Shown: positions 62,426 through 64,000 of the stretch, one piece after another
Layout of the letters: the number at the start of each line of letters is the position of its first letter
Position numbering within the stretch: position 1 is the stretch's first letter
Assembly (NCBI GenBank): GCA_002269645.1
Contig: NIVC01001955.1
Location: 62,001 to 126,000 of the forward strand
Length of the DNA stretch: 64,000 nucleotides
DNA from: Macrostomum lignano
Lineage: Eukaryota
Direction: 5' to 3'
Notes under the pieces: generated by a model
The model's database searches: none
Seen by the model: the letters and a program-made list of their open reading frames with translations, nothing else
What the model was told of the DNA's origin: nothing
Translations under genes and position numbers: made by a program

Positions 62426-63833
62426 TTAGATCTCCACACCCTCACGTCTGCCGTGTCCTCCACCGCGGTGACGTCTGCCGCGACCTCCACCGCGGTGGCG
62501 ACGCGAGCGATGCCTGCCTGAACGACGCCAGTGGTCGTGGCCGCTCTCAGCGCCGCCCATTGCCTGCTCCATGCTGCCGTCAATCAGGTCCATCATCTGC
62601 GCCAGAAAGTCGTCTTCGACGAGACTCGCCACTTCAACATCTGACTTCATTTCTTTGGCCTCCAGTCCGACGTAGTTCTGCAACAAATTATCAATAGAAT
62701 CGTAGGTCCTTTCGTAACATTTATATACATACGGTAAACTTATGTGCAACTCGCAATACAAACTCAAAAGGAAACGCCTAGCCTTGTTCAGTCTCAGTCA
62801 AAAATACTGGATTCTGAAGAAGCCAGGCCGCAACGTATAAAGTACATTTCATTGGCGCATGGTACGTAACTTCAAGAACCTGAAAGTTTCGAAAATCGAT
62901 TAGAGAGTGATGAGCCGGTACCTTGAACTTGCGCCACAGCCTGCGACTTCCTGACGTCTCCTCGGCAGTGCTCGAGTTGTTCTTGCAGAAGTCCGGCACA
63001 TTGTACAGCTCCCTGTCTTTGATGCCCGAGGTCACGTTGTAGTACTGGTAGTTGCCCATCATGCTGCGGAATCGCCTCTTCACTCGGTAAGCGCCCTTAA
63101 TGGGCACGCACGAGCGGCTGGTGACAACGGAGAACACCTCGGTGGTCAGCGCGCGGCTGGCGTTGCGGTAGCCGTAGGCCGTCACTGGGAGGCTGTTTTG
63201 CCCGGCTCCGTAAAAGTATGGCGAGTACTGCCTGAAGTAGTCTGTAAGAGTTCGGAATTTTTTACATAGCGGTACTCATCTATGCTCTACTCTGTCAATC
63301 AGCCTCATTCTGGCGGATTCTGGTGGGGATGGATTCTTACCTGGGATGCAGGGTCTTCTCATCGACCGCCTCAGCTTGAATGTCTTGCACTTGTCCTTGT
63401 AGATGAAGTACGCCTTCTTGGCATTAAAGTCGGCCACGGTTCGGGTGTGGTAGACCCGCTTAGTCTTCTTGCAGTAGGACATTGTGCGGGCGGCCACCTT
63501 CTTGCCAGGGTAATCAAGACCGACCTTGCTGTCGGACTGCGGGGCAGGCGGAGCGATTCTACGTTAAACTAACACATCAATGAATGAACGGGTACTTCTT
63601 TTCCATTTATTGTATTTATAAATCTCCAATTTACATTCACTTACGGCTCGAAATTTAGGGATCAGAAATTTCTTGCTAATGTGGAAGGCGCCCACGCGTC
63701 CCTCCCACTGTGTGGGCAGACAGCAGCCTTTGCCGAGCTCGCCCTTGTCGTCGGCGTAGTCGCCCATCCAGAAGAGGCTCTCCATCGCGCTGGCAGTCGC
63801 CAGCACAGTCAGGAGAAGCACCAGAGTCTTCAT
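62426..63833 (-). CDS. Secreted ependymin-related protein (EPDR) with C-terminal extension, 4 exons, 318 aa
   Basis: Exons 63833-63645, 63536-63341, 63241-62922, 62677-62426 are GT-AG and total 957 nt. Signal peptide MKTLVLLLTVLATASA; ependymin motifs GCCLPTQWEG, KCKTF..RRPCIP, SCVP, YYNVTSGIKDRELYNVPDFC. Confidence 0.88.
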
Positions 63834-63916
63834 GGCTGTTGCTTGGGTTAAACTTGCTTGAATTTATGAGAGCTCAGCTCGTTGAAGTTGGAAGAAGTTC
63901 CTATTTGCGTTTCAAG

Positions 63917-63925
63917 TATTTATAA
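63917..63925 (-). promoter_or_regulatory. TATA box of the EPDR gene
   Basis: Minus strand TTATAAATA about 85 nt upstream of the ATG. Confidence 0.5.
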
Positions 63926-64000
63926 AGGGCCATAGGTTGTTGTTGAAGATTCTTATCGCTCCAGGCAAGCCAACTTTGCTACTTTCATAAAGTTGCAGCT

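Overview
Eukaryotic (metazoan) genomic DNA with GC-rich exons and introns packed with micro- and minisatellites. The style and gene content fit a macrostomid flatworm such as Macrostomum lignano; this is inference, not a database match. Seven spliced or intronless genes were rebuilt by hand with GT-AG junctions and consistent reading frames: a protostome-type cytoplasmic intermediate filament with lamin-tail domain (+, 1076-10849); a SOL-1-like type I membrane protein with 5 CUB domains, LDLa, TM and a PDZ-type tail (+, 16462-42094); a secreted PAN-like/C-type lectin (+); tektin-4 (-); riboflavin kinase (+); SmE (-); and an ependymin-related protein (-). Also present are two tRNA-derived SINEs (one with a 15-bp TSD), a probable non-autonomous Helitron, and about 40 tandem-repeat arrays. 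Nearly all long ORFs in the supplied track are translations of satellites and were rejected. Best leads: (i) mutually complementary inverted satellites flanking an in-frame IF exon, with a competing third array; (ii) satellites that are tandem amplifications of splice signals (branch point, donor, acceptor); (iii) a riboflavin kinase with no contiguous start codon, possibly initiated by the spliced-leader AUG; (iv) a minisatellite seeded from a SINE body; (v) an ependymin with an Arg/His/Gly tail.
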